64,000 nucleotides of DNA. It comes from the human T2T-CHM13v2.0 reference genome, Homo sapiens. A program made the position numbers and the translations under genes. The stretch lies in the NCBI RefSeq assembly GCF_009914755.1, contig NC_060926.1. The stretch is one strand, 5' to 3'. A model generated the notes under the pieces. That model had not been told where the DNA came from, did no database searches, and saw only the letters and a list, made by a program, of their open reading frames with translations. Shown piece after piece: positions 1-13,745 of the stretch; the stretch's first letter is position 1; each line of letters starts with the position of its first letter.

Positions 1-190
1 TAATATCAGTGCTGTCAGAAAAGGCATTGCCCATTTGGGTTCCTCCTTTTTTTGATCACATATTGAGAGCCTTAAAAGAAAACTGAAAGTTGATTTGTGT
101 CAGGTAATGCTAATGGATGCAGTGGTTCTATACTTGACACATTGTAGGCACTCCATAAATAGTTTCGAGTCCTAATGAAAAGCTCTTTAA

Positions 191-1190
191 GCTTCTGTAG
201 AGCAAACAAAACTATCATTAGAGCAAATAGATAACCTACAGAATTGAGAGAAAAATTTTGCTATCTATCCATCTAAGGTCTAATATCCAGAATCTACAAG
301 GAACTTAAGCAAATTTACAAGAAAAGAAACAACCCCATTAAAAAGTGGGCAAAGGATATGAACAGATACTTCTCAAAAAATGTCATACATGCAGCCAACA
401 AACATGAAAAAAAGCTCAACATCACTGATCATTAGAGAAATGCAAATGAAAACCACAATGAGATACCGTCTCATGCCAGTCATAATGGTGATTATTAAAA
501 AGTCAAGAAACAACAGATGCTGTTGAGCTTACAGAGAAATAAGAACACTTTTACACTGTTGGTGGGAATGTAAATTAGTTCTCAACCAGTGTGGCAATTT
601 CTCAAAGATTTAGAACCAGAAGTACCATTTGACCCAGCAATCTCATTATTGGGTATATACCCAAAAGAATATAAACCATTCTATTATAAAGGTACATGTA
701 CGTGAATATTCATTGCAGCACTATTCACAATAGCAAAGACATGGAATCAACCCAAATGCCCATCAATGATAGACTGGATAAAGAAAATGTGGTATATATA
801 CACCATGGAATACTATGCAGCCATAAAAAGGAATGAGATCATGTCCTTTGCAGGGACATGGATGGAGCTGGAAGCCATTATCCTCAGCAAACGAATGCAG
901 GAACAGAAAATCAAACACCACGTGTTTTCACTTATAAGTGGGAGCTGATCAATGAGAACACTTGGACACAGGGAGGGGAACAACACTCACTGGGGCCTGT
1001 CAGGGAAGGGCAAGGGAGGAGAACATTAGGGAAAAGAGCTAACGCATACTGGGCTGAACACCTAGGTGATAGGTCGTTAGGTGCAGCAAACCACCATGGC
1101 GCACATTTACCTATGTAACAAACATGCACATCCTGCACATGTACCCCGAAACTTAAAGAACAAAAATAGAAATTAAAATTTTTTAAAAAG
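191..1190 (+). mobile_element. LINE-1 3' fragment (L1PA8A-L1PA12-like), 5'-truncated
   Basis: ORF2 C-terminal remnant (WIKKMWYIYTMEYYAAIK), L1PA 3' UTR and A-rich tail; degenerate TSD gaaaagctctttaa (177-190) / gaaagttctttaa (1193-1205). Confidence 0.95.
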
Positions 1191-1423
1191 AGGAAAGTTC
1201 TTTAAATTGCTTTGCCAAGGCAATAATAATTAATACTCATAATGCAAACTGAGGAACTGACTCACTCTTCTGAATCATCGAAAAGATTTAATTATATTTT
1301 ATTATTTGTATGATATTGTATTTTTTGGAAACTAGAAATAATTGTTCAGTAATTTTTCTGTCTATTGCATCTAATATTTGATCCATGAAAGCATGCTTTT
1401 CCCCATCCTGTATCATAAAAATC

Positions 1424-1464
1424 ATCATGATTGTAATCATCGTCTTCATCATCATCATCATCAT
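1424..1464. repeat. Imperfect (ATC)n microsatellite
   Basis: atcatcgtcttcatcatcatcatcatcat. Confidence 0.8.
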
Positions 1465-1687
1465 AGCTTTTATGACATAGAATTTCACAATTTCAAAGAT
1501 CTGTTTTGTATTATCTAATTTGATTTTTCATATTCCCCTTCTGAAGTAAACTGGAGGGATACATTCTCTAAGAGTTCATTTTCTTTCTTGTAAAATGGGC
1601 ATATTCAAACTTATGTGGATGTTAGAGTAAACTGCATGTGGCCCCTGCCAACCCTTTGATGGTCAGGTCATTTTTTACAATGCCCGT

Positions 1688-2148
1688 TATATTAGTTTGC
1701 TGTGGCTGCTGTAACAATTTACCACAAACCAGGTGGCTTAAAATAACAGGAATTTATTCTCTCACAGTTTGGGAGCCCAGAAGTCTGAAGTTTAGAGTGT
1801 TGGCAGGGCTGTGCTCCCTCCAGAGGCTCCAAGGGAGATTGCATTCTTTGTTTCTTCCAGTTTCTGGTGGCTGTCAGCCTTCCTTGGCTTGTGTCTCACT
1901 CCAGCCTCCTCCTCCATGGTCACATTGCCTCCTCCTCTTGTCTGCGTGTCTCTCCTTGTGTGTTATAACAACACTTGCTTTTAGATTTATAGCCTACTCA
2001 GATAACCTAGAATGATCTCCTCATCTTGAGATCCTTCATTGCATCTGCAAAGACCCTTTTTTCACACAAGGTCACATCCACAGGTTCCAGTGATGAGGAT
2101 TGTGGGCATATATTCGGGGGTGGGGGGCAGATTTTTCCCTCTGCCACA
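1688..2148 (-). mobile_element. MaLR solo LTR (MLT1C/D-like)
   Basis: tattagtttgctgtggctgctgtaacaa...aatttattctctcacagt...gcatctgcaaagaccc matches the reverse complement of the MLT1 consensus. Confidence 0.85.
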
Positions 2149-2479
2149 CAGATCTTAGGTGATTTGCATGGGGCTTATGTGCAGTAACAGATCTCTGATG
2201 CAGGCGTCTACGTTCACTCCACAACCGTGCCCCTGATTTTTCTGACTTTAACTTTTTTTGTGTGTATATAAGTGATTTTCCAAGGTCACAAGACAGTGAA
2301 ACCAGACCTTTGGTGTTTTTAATTTTGGGATCCAATGCTCTTTCCAGTAACCACATTGTTAACACGATTTACTCTAAGAACAAAATAGGACATTTGAAAG
2401 GTCTGCCTGCGCTGAGAGTAATATTCCTCATTGGAACTGTGATGATCCATGTTTAGCCTCTGGAAATAGTGAACAGCTG

Positions 2480-2722
2480 AATGGGTGCAGAGTAGTTGAC
2501 TAAGAGCTTTGGACTGAACTCTATAGCCAGGCTGCTTGGGTTCAAGTTCCACTTCTTCCATTTGTTAGCATGTGACCTTAGACAACATAGTTTACCTCTG
2601 CATTCTCATCCATGAAAAGAGCTTGATACCAACAACAGCAACAGACTGCTGATTATTAAGTGACATATGTAAGAATGTCTGGTCTGAGGAAGTGTAAGCA
2701 CTAGCTTCTGTCATTATTATCA
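2480..2722 (+). mobile_element. MIR SINE
   Basis: ggctgcttgggttcaagttcc...tgtgaccttagacaa MIR core. Confidence 0.7.
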
Positions 2723-3545
2723 TCACTGTCACTATTTGTATTGCTTTTTGTCATATGAGTGTGTAATAGGAAATAGTCTGGTCTTTGAAAGTAAGGTTTT
2801 CTGTCACTTAGTGAAGAACATGCAAAGTAGAAGTTCATGAAGGGGCTGATCATTCAGTTAAAGAAAACTCAAGAAACTTAAACAAAGCCAGTGGGTGCCA
2901 AAGAAAGGATTCTGGAAATAAAAATGTCACTTACTGTTAAAAAGGCTTAGAAATGGAGCTGCTTTTTCACTACTGAATAATAAACTATCAAATTTTGCTA
3001 CTGGCTGCCTGCCCTGATCAAAGATTTGGAAAAGTGTGGTAAAGACAGCTGGTTGTTAAATAAAACTATTTACAAATCCTTTAGTTTTCCCTTACATAGA
3101 CACATATGTGGCTTTTACCTGACAGAACCTCGGAGGTGATTCCCCCCTCCTCACCTTTTTGATTCACTGTAGAAATCAAACAAAAATGTTAGTAGGGCAG
3201 CGAGGCAGGAGAATGTCAGTTACCCGAATGGTGCCACAATGGAAGGAGTCATAAGGCTACAGCATTCAAAGAATCTGAAGCATTTAGCCAACTTAGAGGA
3301 CCTGGTGGGAAGCTAATTCAGGATTTCCTTGCAGAGGGACCTTGTATAACAGGAATTATTTCATTGGCCGACTTTGTATTCATCTGAAGCCTGTTTATAG
3401 AGCAACCTAGAAACTTGCGCAGCCAGGCTGTAACAGAGCTTTGGGAGGACGAAAGGGACTCACAGGTTGCTGTGTGCTCTTGGAAAAGGTTTGTGACTCC
3501 AGGCTCTTGGCAGGGTTAAGTAATTTGTCTATGATCCACAGACAG

Positions 3546-4244
3546 TACAGGCCCACTTCGTTCTCTGCTAAGACCAAGAAATCTCTGAAAACACAGTTTT
3601 TTCATAACATATTTGGGGATAGAACCAGACCTGAATTGACACAAGGCTATTTAACGTTTTAGTGTGTGCATTAGTTTGCTGGAGCTGCCATAACAAAGCA
3701 TCACAGACTGGGAGGCTGAAACAATAGAATTTCATTTTCTCACAGTTCTGGAGGCTAGAAGTCTGAGATCAAGGTGTTGAAAGGGTTGGTTTCTTCCGAG
3801 GTCTCTCCTTGGCTTGGAGATGGTCATCTTCTCCCTGTGTTTTTACTTGGTCTTCCCTCTTGCCTATCTGTGCCCTAATTTCATCTTCTTATAAGGATAG
3901 TAGTCATGTTGGATTAGGGCCTATGCTAATGTTCTCATTTTGACTTAATTACCTCTTTAAAAACTGTTTATTAAACCAATCACATTCTAGGTACTAGGGG
4001 TAAGCACTTCAACATGGGAATTTTGAGAGGACACATTTCAGCCACAAAAATGTGAATAATAATGTGTTTCTTGCAGAGATATTGCCTAGTTTGATTATGG
4101 GGTATGGCTCCTGACCCCACTGGAAGTGTGGTTTTTAATATGTTATATGTACTCTACTATAATAGCTTTCTAATGTGCCCCCAATTCTGAACTTCATGAT
4201 ATATCTTGCCACAAAGGTTTCACAAAAGGAGCTGTGGACCTATA
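3546..4244. mobile_element. Old TcMar-Tigger-like non-autonomous DNA transposon, split by an MLT1 LTR
   Basis: Inverted termini with TA flanks, tacaggcccac ... gtggacctata; family name uncertain. Confidence 0.55.
3667..4049 (-). mobile_element. MaLR solo LTR (MLT1B-like)
   Basis: tgcattagtttgctggagctgccataacaaa...cagttctggaggctagaagtctgagatcaagg; flanks gtgtg/atgtg resemble a 5-bp TSD. Confidence 0.9.
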
Positions 4245-4517
4245 ACAGTTACAGCTGAGATTCCACCTGAGGCCAGGCCTCTGCTCTTACCCACAGAGCT
4301 AGACCATAAAATGATGAGATGCAGTGAATGGTCCCCAAGGTCCTCCCAAGTATTAAAATGCCATTAATTCTATGACAATGAGCAGAGATGATTTAAAAAT
4401 AAATTTTTATCTCTAAAAAATTGCTGGCATTCAAGACCAATTCTTCTAAATGAGCACATCTACTTGGATGACCTGCAAGACAACACTGCATCATGCTGCC
4501 ACAGAAGATGACTCGAG

Positions 4518-4830
<313 letters not shown>

Positions 4831-6679
4831 TGGCTTAAGCTATTTGGGCATGAAATTCTGGAGTTCAGAGTGCCTAGAGGGTAGTCTAGAAGGGTGGAGT
4901 GGGCACCTACCCAAAGAGATCATAATGTTCTCTTGCTCTGTGAGGAGGGGTCAGGCTGGAGGAGGGCCAGAATGGAGCCTTCCAGAGCACAGGCCAAAAG
5001 TAGCATTGTCTGACAGCTAGGCATTTTAGGGGTTGCATGAGGAAGACAGAACCAAAGAATTCCCATCAGACAAGAAATAGGTTGAATTGTAAATCTTATG
5101 GGGCATGGAGTGCTGTTTTCCCTTTTTTTGTTCTTACATATGGAGAACTTTTTGCTCTTGAGGACCAGTCCTCAGGAGACAGGAGAGGGGAAAAATTCTG
5201 TTGTTTCCAAGTCAACATACAATTCAAAATAAAACAGAAGAAGCTCTTAAGATTTATTTTAGTAAACTTTGAAGAGCTGGTTAATGCCATGTGAGGTCTG
5301 AAGGTTTTAGATTTTGGAGGGTAAACGCTTTGCTTTTTAAAATAGTAATTGCCATTTATGGGGCATTAGACTTTGAAAGTATGTTTTGAAGCCAAATGTT
5401 TCATTAAAAATAAAATCTAAGAAGGAATACCTAAAGAGAATGTTGCTTACTTTTATTTGATGCCTTTCCACAAACTGAGATAAAAGAAATATTTCCCCCA
5501 GTTCTGAAAAGATTTCTATTTTGTAAGAGGTTTAGTGGTTTCACTCTGTTAGGAATTTTTAGAGACTCTCCAAACACATGGTCAGATAGGTTACAGGAGG
5601 CCGTCATGTGAAGGACTTTGGGTCGTATAATAAAATTTGTTATTATCTATTCTGATGGCCGTCTTCTCTGGGTTTTGAGTTTCCCTGGGCCAGTGGGCAG
5701 TACCTGGTGATTGGGAACACAACCGCCAAATTTCCCAGATCAAGGCTAAAGACCATGGAGGGTCTGAGCAAGTGAACTTACTTGGTCTCCAGAGTGGGTA
5801 TGTGATGTTGTGCTGGGTGAGAACCAGGAATCCAGTTTCAAAGATTATTGTGGATGATGCCCAACTCTTGGTTAAGGTCATTTTTGCTTCTATTTGATAG
5901 ATCAAGCCTACAGATAGTGCAAAGGGGGTATGTGTGAATGAGAATATGAGTGAGTGGACAACCCCCTTAGTCATGAAGACATACTCAGGACTCAGGAGTC
6001 AACACAGAGGAATCTGTCATGTAAGAAAAGCCCAGAACAAAGAGTTAGCAGCAGTTTATGCCACATCAATAATTTACTCTTTCTAGTAAAAATCTCTTCT
6101 GTGCCACACTTCTATATTCTATTTCTCATAGATTCATCAGGGCAGCAAGAGTGCTGGTCACCATACTTCCGGGAATCAAGGCAGGAACATAGGGTTGTGG
6201 TCCAGCCAATTCTACATGAGGTGGAGACAAAGCAAACATTTGGCCAGTGTGAATCTTGTTCAAAGAATGACTCCACGTATCCTTAGGCTTCTGTTTCTGA
6301 CCTCATGGAGGCCTCCAGCAAACATCTGCCCTTCCAAGTCCTGCCACATACAAAGCTGACTTTGATTTTAGGGCAACCACATGCAAATCTCTGCAAGAGA
6401 GCAGTGGCTCATGTAGTTTCTCTGTGGCTCTTCTATTGTCCCTTTTTATAGCACATGGGGTTTGAGGTTGAATTGATCCATCCACGTTTCAAGGAGGGCA
6501 CTTGTTACACCATGGGAATGTATATAAGCATGGCTCTTAACCCAGAAGATTTTCCATTCTCTAGTTGGTGACTTTAAAAGTAGTATTCAGCATCTGGATG
6601 GATGGGGCCAAAGTCTGTGATACAACCATCATGCAATTAAGCAGTCAAGATATACACTTTAAAACTGACATTATAGCGC

Positions 6680-6897
6680 TTTGTGGAATAAATATGGGAC
6701 ACATGAGTGGCAGACGATGAGTGATACAGAGGTTCCAGAGGGGAAGAGAGGACTGAGAGGAGTTGTCCAGGGAGGCACTTTGGAAATGTTGAGCTCTGAA
6801 ATGGGCATTGAAAGTGGGCAGGAGGGCAGCCCAAGTTGGGGAAGGGGGCCCTCCTTGATAAACAGAACAGCATGAACCAAGGTGTGAAGCTGGAACA
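6680..6897 (-). mobile_element. L2 3' region fragment
   Basis: atgttgagctctgaaatgggcattgaa...agaacagcatgaaccaaggtgtgaag is typical antisense L2. Confidence 0.55.
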
Positions 6898-7369
6898 AAC
6901 AGTGATTATTGGGGGCCAACGGTGGGCCAGCCAGACCGGGAAAGTCCTTATCATTAGAACTCTGTCGTGGTGAGTCTCCCTTCAGGCACGGTAATATACT
7001 GATGGTCTTTCTTTTGAAAGACTTTTGGGTAATTTTCTTTCTCCAAAATTCTTATAATCAGAAAACTGTGATCAGCAGGTTCTGGGCTATAACTGCTTCA
7101 TCTGGCCTCAGAATCAGTCAACATTCATGCCTGCAGAGCAGGAGACTGGACCCTACTGACTCCAGTGCTTTTTGCACAATTTCTGCTGTAGCCTCTGATC
7201 CATGCCATGACCCGAGGGCTGCGTTTGGAAGGCAGCCATCCTCTTTTCCCCAGGAAAGATTCCTACAAACAGCCTGCTCCATATGGTAGAGAAAGAATGG
7301 GTGGGGAGGGAGAGAAGACTGGGCTAATTTCATCCTTTCATACAGCATTTTTTACATGCAATAACTTTT

Positions 7370-7372
<3 letters not shown>

Positions 7373-7406
<34 letters not shown>
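7373..7406. repeat. (AC)17 microsatellite
   Basis: Perfect dinucleotide run. Confidence 0.98.
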
Positions 7407-7409
<3 letters not shown>

Positions 7410-8869
7410 GGTCATTGTGTTTAGGTTATTTGCCCTAAAAAGCACATTTCTTTGGTAATTTAAGTGGTAATTGGATTTATCTGAAGGCTGTGCAGTCACA
7501 TGTTATCTGATCCCCAGTGTTTAATTGTGTGGGTGCAGTGAAGTCTCTTTGTGAAGAATAACTTTGCAGTTTCCCTTGGGAAGAAATGCATCCCTAAATG
7601 GGTTAATTCAACTCAGCTACATTATCTTTTTAATGTTGGAGTAAGCAACTTTGTCTTCTATGTCCTAAAAAGCTTCTTTCAAGAACATCACACATCTAAA
7701 TAGCCTCCTAGATTTATTGTTTATTCAGCTGAAAAGCAAAACATTATTGGCAACAGAACAAACTCAAAACTAATGAAACAAGATTTTTTTTAATTGGTGG
7801 AAGATTTATCTAATTGGAGTATGTATCACAGCCCTCATACTTAAAGGGATATTGTAGAAAATGCTGCAAATCAAACATACAAAGAGAAAAAAATAAGTTT
7901 CCTGTAGGGTCAAAAATCCTTCTCACTGTGTATATGAATGCTGGTTCCCAGTGTCCTAGGGAGCTTTGCCTCTTAAATAACAACAGTGTTTATGCCTGAG
8001 CTATCTTGGAGTGGCAAAAATCAGTGTTTAATGAGGAAGCTTCTGCCTGGACACCTCAGGAGGCCACATCAGTCCACTTGAGCTGTCTTCGGTGGGATGG
8101 AGGAACACTCCCCAGATTAGTTTGAATATCAAAGGCTGGTCTACCTTATAAGAAATGAAAAATTTCTCTTGTGCCTGTAACCCCATATTTCTAGAATGGA
8201 TGAAGTGTAGAGACTTGACCTTATGTGCACCTACTTCTTCCCCTTACCATTATTCAGAAACAGTGTTTGGCCATCAGGTCCTGTGCATTGGACCTCACTC
8301 ACCTCCTTATCCAGAGGGAGTTCAAGGCTAAGAATTTCAGCAACACTCTTGCTATCACTTTTGATTTCCCTGACCCATTGACCACCTGCTATTCCCACCA
8401 GCTAAAAAGGACACTGGGAAACAGCAACACACAGAAGCTAATAGCTCTGCATTGTAATTTTGGATATTTTTATTCTCTTTTGTTTGCAGGCTGCTGACAA
8501 TTCACAGAGTTAAGTCACAAAGCAAATCCCAGAGCTTAAATGAAAGTGTGTTAAATACATGGTCTGTCATGGGGTCTTCCGTGCTGCTGCACAGTACTTT
8601 GTCCCTCTCTTTTACACTCCTTCACACATTCTGCTGAGTCTTGATTCTAAAGTATCTCGTGGTCTGTGAGCTCTCTGAGCCTGGGCATCAACCTTTGACT
8701 CTAGAGGTGAATTGAGCCTTCTCTACCATTGTAAGTGAGGGACTTTCTTCTCTCTAATATTTCTCATCATCTTCACCCATTTTTTTGCTCTTGACTTCTA
8801 GTCCCTGGAAAAGAGGCATTACTCTACTTCCTTATTAGCCTCCTTAATCTCGTGCCTTTCTGCTTCTCC

Positions 8870-9700
8870 TGGGATCTTGCTCTGCTGCTTATTCCCTTTG
8901 CATTTTACATCAATAAAAGTATCTCCAGAACTATGGGACTCTTCTTTCCACCTGACAAATATGGTCATGTTCTCATTAACTAAAACCAAAAAATAAGTGA
9001 ACAAACATCAAAGAAACGTGTCTGTCTGGACTCCTTGCCCCAGACACCACTTCTCTTGTTTTCTTTTGGTGACAAACATCTTAGTCTGTACCTGCTGTCT
9101 TCATCTCCTTAGCACCCATACACTCCCTGGGATCTGGCTCCCAACCTCAACATTCTGCTCAAACTCCCCTCTTGGTTACCGATATCTCATGGTCCACAAC
9201 TCAAATGACCTCATCCTTGGTCTCATGTCATTACTCTCTCTGCCGTGTGATGCACAATGACCACCCACACCTTGAATTTTCAGGTGGATTTGGTGATGCT
9301 GTACGTTCCTTGTCCTCCTCTGGGTCTTCTGGTGACTGTTAACATTTGCCCTTTGGTCCTCTTTCTTCTTCCTAAATGAGGAAGCTCTTTCTTCTCTTTT
9401 TGGTCCTTCTTGTTTCTCTCCCTAGCCATAGTCTTTCTCTAAGTGATCATATCTATTCACATGAATTAACCACTTTTTGGAAAATGCCTCCAGATTCTGT
9501 GTCACAGTAATGACCTCTCTTAGACCTGCATTTCTGATTGTGTGCAACAGAGCTTCACTTGAAAGATGACCTGGGGCCTCAACTTCAAACTCAACTAAAC
9601 TTGCTCTTTTCTCCCTATTACTACTTTAGTTCAGTCCTTCTTCACTGCTTATCAAGAATACAGCAGCACCTTCCTACCTGGTTGCTCTAATTCCCAGGTT
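8870..9700 (+). mobile_element. L2 ORF2 (RT-region) remnant
   Basis: C/T-rich; atctggctcccaacctcaacattctgctcaaact...tcaaatgacctcatccttggtctcatg...gcacaatgaccac resembles the L2 RT consensus. Confidence 0.65.
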
Positions 9701-10948
9701 ACCTGCTCATAATTAACATATGTGGATACATTTATTAATGATAAATTTTCTTTCAAATTTTGGTTCTGTTTAGAAACTCTCAGTAACAACTTTTGCCTAC
9801 TGAATTGAACCTAGTCAGAGCCTTGCTTTTAAGCCTTCTCTACAATCTGGACAGACTCTACATATTCCTTATGCTATAGACAAAACTGACAACTTATGGT
9901 TCTATGAATTGTCCTCTCTTGTCTCCATGTAAATAAACTGAGGTGAAAAATGGTAAATTTAACAAGTGGATAAGTAAATCTACCTTCATTAGTTGAGTTC
10001 ATGAACCAAGAGATGATATATAACTCTAAACTATAGGTTAAAAAAAGTTGAGTGGGTAGGTACGTCTTTGTTATTATAACTTTTGTAACTTGCTTGTCTT
10101 TGATCATAATCATATTTCTTCTGTATATGTGGTCTCTGTCCAAAGAAAAAAGAAACAATACCATGAGCTTCTTGGAGACATCAATATGAACTTATTCTTC
10201 TTTATATCTTCCAAAACATGAAGAGCACACCAAATATTCTACATATATTCTACATTGAAAGGATACACAGATGGTTAAGAGTGGACACTGTGCATACTAT
10301 CTTTTGAGAAAAAATGTCTACTATTTATCACACAAGACTGGTTTCCTGTTGTCAAATGAAAGTTTAGTGGTAAACATCTGAAAGCCTAGACAAATGGAAA
10401 TTAAGCTGTTCCCAAATATATCCAGAGATTACAAGGCACTTTGTGATGCTTTTCCCATTTTATCTTCCAGCTTAATTTTCATCTGGAAGGCAATAGTCCA
10501 CGAATGGCTCTAGCAAGTTGCAGATGCCAGCTGGGAGAATTTTGCCATTTATAGCATGAGCCATTAAGCTTTTTCACAAAATTTCCAAGTTTTTTTGAGG
10601 CTGGTGGTAACTGCAAGGATAATGCGTATTTTCTATGCCGAAAGATGTGAATTAATGAGGTAAAGGAAACATTTATCTCTTGCAAATGACCAGAGAAGTC
10701 TTGCCAAATCTCTTCAAGTTGTCTCTTTTCTCTTGGCATTTTCTTGGAAAGAGTACATCCCGGTAATCAGAATCGCATGTGATTAAAGAGACCTTTATGA
10801 ACTGATGCAGCCTTACATAGCCACAATTAGTGGTGTGGGGATATTGGAAGTTGACATAGTCTTTGAAACACATCCAGAATGTATATTAAAATATGATAAA
10901 TGAAAAATGTCCAACATCTAAACTTGGACTGTACATCCAATGCTAAGT

Positions 10949-10991
10949 CGTGTGTGTGTGTGTGCGTGTGCGTGTGTGTATGTGTGCGTGT
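10949..10991. repeat. Mixed (TG)/(CG) alternating purine-pyrimidine tract
   Basis: cgtgtgtgtgtgtgtgcgtgtgcgtgtgtgtatgtgtgcgtgt. Confidence 0.95.
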
Positions 10992-12477
10992 TTGTCTTAC
11001 ATGTGAAATGGCGATTAAAATGTTGAAAATAAGGAAACATTCTAGAGAAAAGCCTATCCTAGTGAAAACTGACAGAGGCTGATATCTCTAAAGTAAAATT
11101 TTTGGGTGACTGTGGATGTGGACACTTAGTCTGGGTACTCCTTATTCTCTGAATAAGAAAGAGTAGAATTTCAGGGGTTTATGCTCTTTACTCTGGATGA
11201 TTTCTACAGATGTTATTAGATAATAGACTTTACTTAGGATCCACATGAAGATTTCCTTATGCTCATTCTGTCTTCAACTTTTAACGCATTCATAACAAAG
11301 TGGAAACACTTTGCACCCTACTTCCTAGACCAAATAGTTCCTTATTCAGTTAAAGTAACTGACCTCTGGCCTAGAGGACTTGGACACAAATAGAACCCTT
11401 TAAGTGGATTGTTATGCAGTCTGTTTAGTACCGTCCCTCCCAAATAGCCAGAGCACGCTCATTCATTTTGGGGCTTGATTTTGCTTTTATTTGTTTTTTT
11501 TTTTGTTCTGTGTCAGATCTTCCCCTATCCTACTCTTGCCTTTCCTATTCTCCTTCTTTCCTTGTTTTTGATTATATAATTCTAGATGCCTAGAAGTTAA
11601 TGTGACTGGTTAAATATTCTCTGCACAGAGCTTAGAGCTCTTTAGTGGAAAAGTGCTATGTATGTCATGCAAATAATGATAAGGAATCAAATTCCTCTCT
11701 GTGCTTTTGTGACTCTCTGGTAATAAGTTATGTAATAATGCACTAAATGATCAACTGGCAGCCTGGTTGGGTGAATGCGCTTCTTTAAGTGCCTTGAGAA
11801 TGTGCTGGGAGTGGCTTAGATACTAAGAAGAATAAAACTCAATAATACATGTCAGCACTGATCCACTTGAGAATTAATGTCTTGAGAAATTTCAATGGAA
11901 AAAATGTAATTTCAAAGCCACAATGGCATTTGATTTGCATTCAAAGAGGGATACTATTCTGGTCTGGTTGCTCAGGGAGGGAGCACAAAGCTCAGAAAAG
12001 CTTTTACGTCCTTAATTTTTGTTCATTTCCCATTACCAGTGAATGCTTACTAAGTTCATGGCACTGCCTGCAAGAACAGCCAAATTAAGAGCAAGACTGG
12101 TCTGGTTGGTGTCTTTGAGATTTTTATGGCCCATAATTTCCAAAAATGTTCCTCAGCTAAGGAGTTCACTCAAATAGCTAGTATCCTAACCTATGTGTAC
12201 AAAAAAAGCCTGCAGCCTGTCATGCATTGATAATCCCAAACCCCAACTCCAATACAATTCCTGGACACAAATTGTTTACAGTTGAGTTGAAGAAACCCAT
12301 ATGCTTGTTGTAAAACAATTGGTGAGCGTCATTGTCTATATCAAAGTTCAGGGAATAAATAACAGAAAAATTGGGGCAAGTAAGATCTGTACGGGCTGCA
12401 ACTATCAGATGGAAGCCTCATGAGGACAGTAAGACCTGAGCTTGGTGTTTTGAAATAAAGAAGGACTCTGACTACAA

Positions 12478-12605
12478 GGAGCCAGTATGGTGTAGCAGAA
12501 AAAGAAGGGACTTTGGGAACAAATTGGCCAAGTTTGAATTTTGTCTGTCACCTCAGACTAGTTGCTAAACCTCTCTGCATCTCAGTTCTCTCCTGAGCAA
12601 ACTCT
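12478..12605 (+). mobile_element. MIR fragment
   Basis: gccagtatggtgtagcagaaaaag...aacctctctgcatctcagttctctc. Confidence 0.6.
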
Positions 12606-12989
12606 GCTGAGATGCATAATAGGCACAGTGTAAGTCAGATTTAACAAGGTGGAGGGCATGGAGAAAAGGCAACTGAAGGAGCTGAGCAAAGGTGCAGAGC
12701 ATGAGGGAATAAGTCTGTGGGGTAGCAGCATGGTCACTGATTGGAGATTGCAAAAGGTAATCTAGAGAGAAGTGCAAATAAGGTTAGATTATGGGAGGAA
12801 ATAGAAAATGTGTAGGTCAGATACTTGAGTTATTTCAGTTAACCAGAAAATTGTGTTCACCAATGCACTCAGTTCTCTGGTGTGAGGGAATTTACTGTAA
12901 AATTTGGCACTCTCCTGGTTGTGCTTCAGGTCTTGGTTTTGGTGTCACCTCCAGCGAAGCCGTCCAGATTTTCTAAGGCTAGTCTGTGT

Positions 12990-13165
12990 ATGTGCTCCTA
13001 TTATGTTGCATTGCAATTGCTTTTCCCCATGACTATCTCCTACTCTAGACGGGTGTGTTTCTTGAGAGTGGCTCATACTGTGTCTGTTTTATTCACTGCT
13101 GTCTTCCCAGCACTTAGCACAGGACCTGGCACAGAGTAGGTGCTTACTAAATATTGGTAGATGGA
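12990..13165 (+). mobile_element. L2 3' end
   Basis: tgtctgttttattcactgctgtcttcccagcacttagcacaggacctggcacagagtaggtgcttactaaatatt. Confidence 0.85.
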
Positions 13166-13570
13166 AGAAAAGAGGAAAAAGGGAGAATGGAAGAAAGAGG
13201 GAGGGAAGAGAACTAATCAATAAGCTGCAAGAGAGAAGATTCTGGTCCAATGAAGACAAATGGTTTGAGAGATAGTTGGTGAGCGGGGAGTGAAAGCTGA
13301 CCTACAAATTCCTGTCACTGGGTTTTGTTTGGAACAGGCAAATAATTTAACTTTCCAATACCTAATTGATTCAGAGTCAGTCTGCAGCTACTAGAAGTGC
13401 ATTTTCCTTAAAAGCCCTGCTCCTCTCTTTTCTGCAGTTATTTTCAGTGCTTAAGTACAACTGCAAAAAGAAGTCAACAATAAAAATAGTCATTTCTTAA
13501 AAAGGGCAAGCAACCAGACAGGATCACTTTCAGAAATATCTGTTTTGCTAAGCCCCTACCTCTCAATTAT

Positions 13571-13745
13571 ACCATTTATCATTGATTCTAAGATGTACTT
13601 TTTTTCATATTTTAAACATCTCTGCAATCAGAATGCATTTTATAATCAATGCATATTGCAATTCTAAATGACTATTTTTTCTTTCCTCGTGGTCAATAAA
13701 ATAGTGGTTTGTCTTTTAATCAATTCCATCTTGCATAAGATGAAG
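13571..13745. mobile_element. MER104-like (TcMar-Tc2) DNA transposon
   Basis: ccatttatcattgattctaagatgtacttttttcatattttaaacatctctgcaatcagaatgcatt matches the recalled MER104 consensus. Confidence 0.7.

Noticed and set aside
5591-6286. 127-aa and 110-aa ORFs in unique sequence
   Set aside because: No recognisable domain or exon structure; lengths are expected by chance in 64 kb
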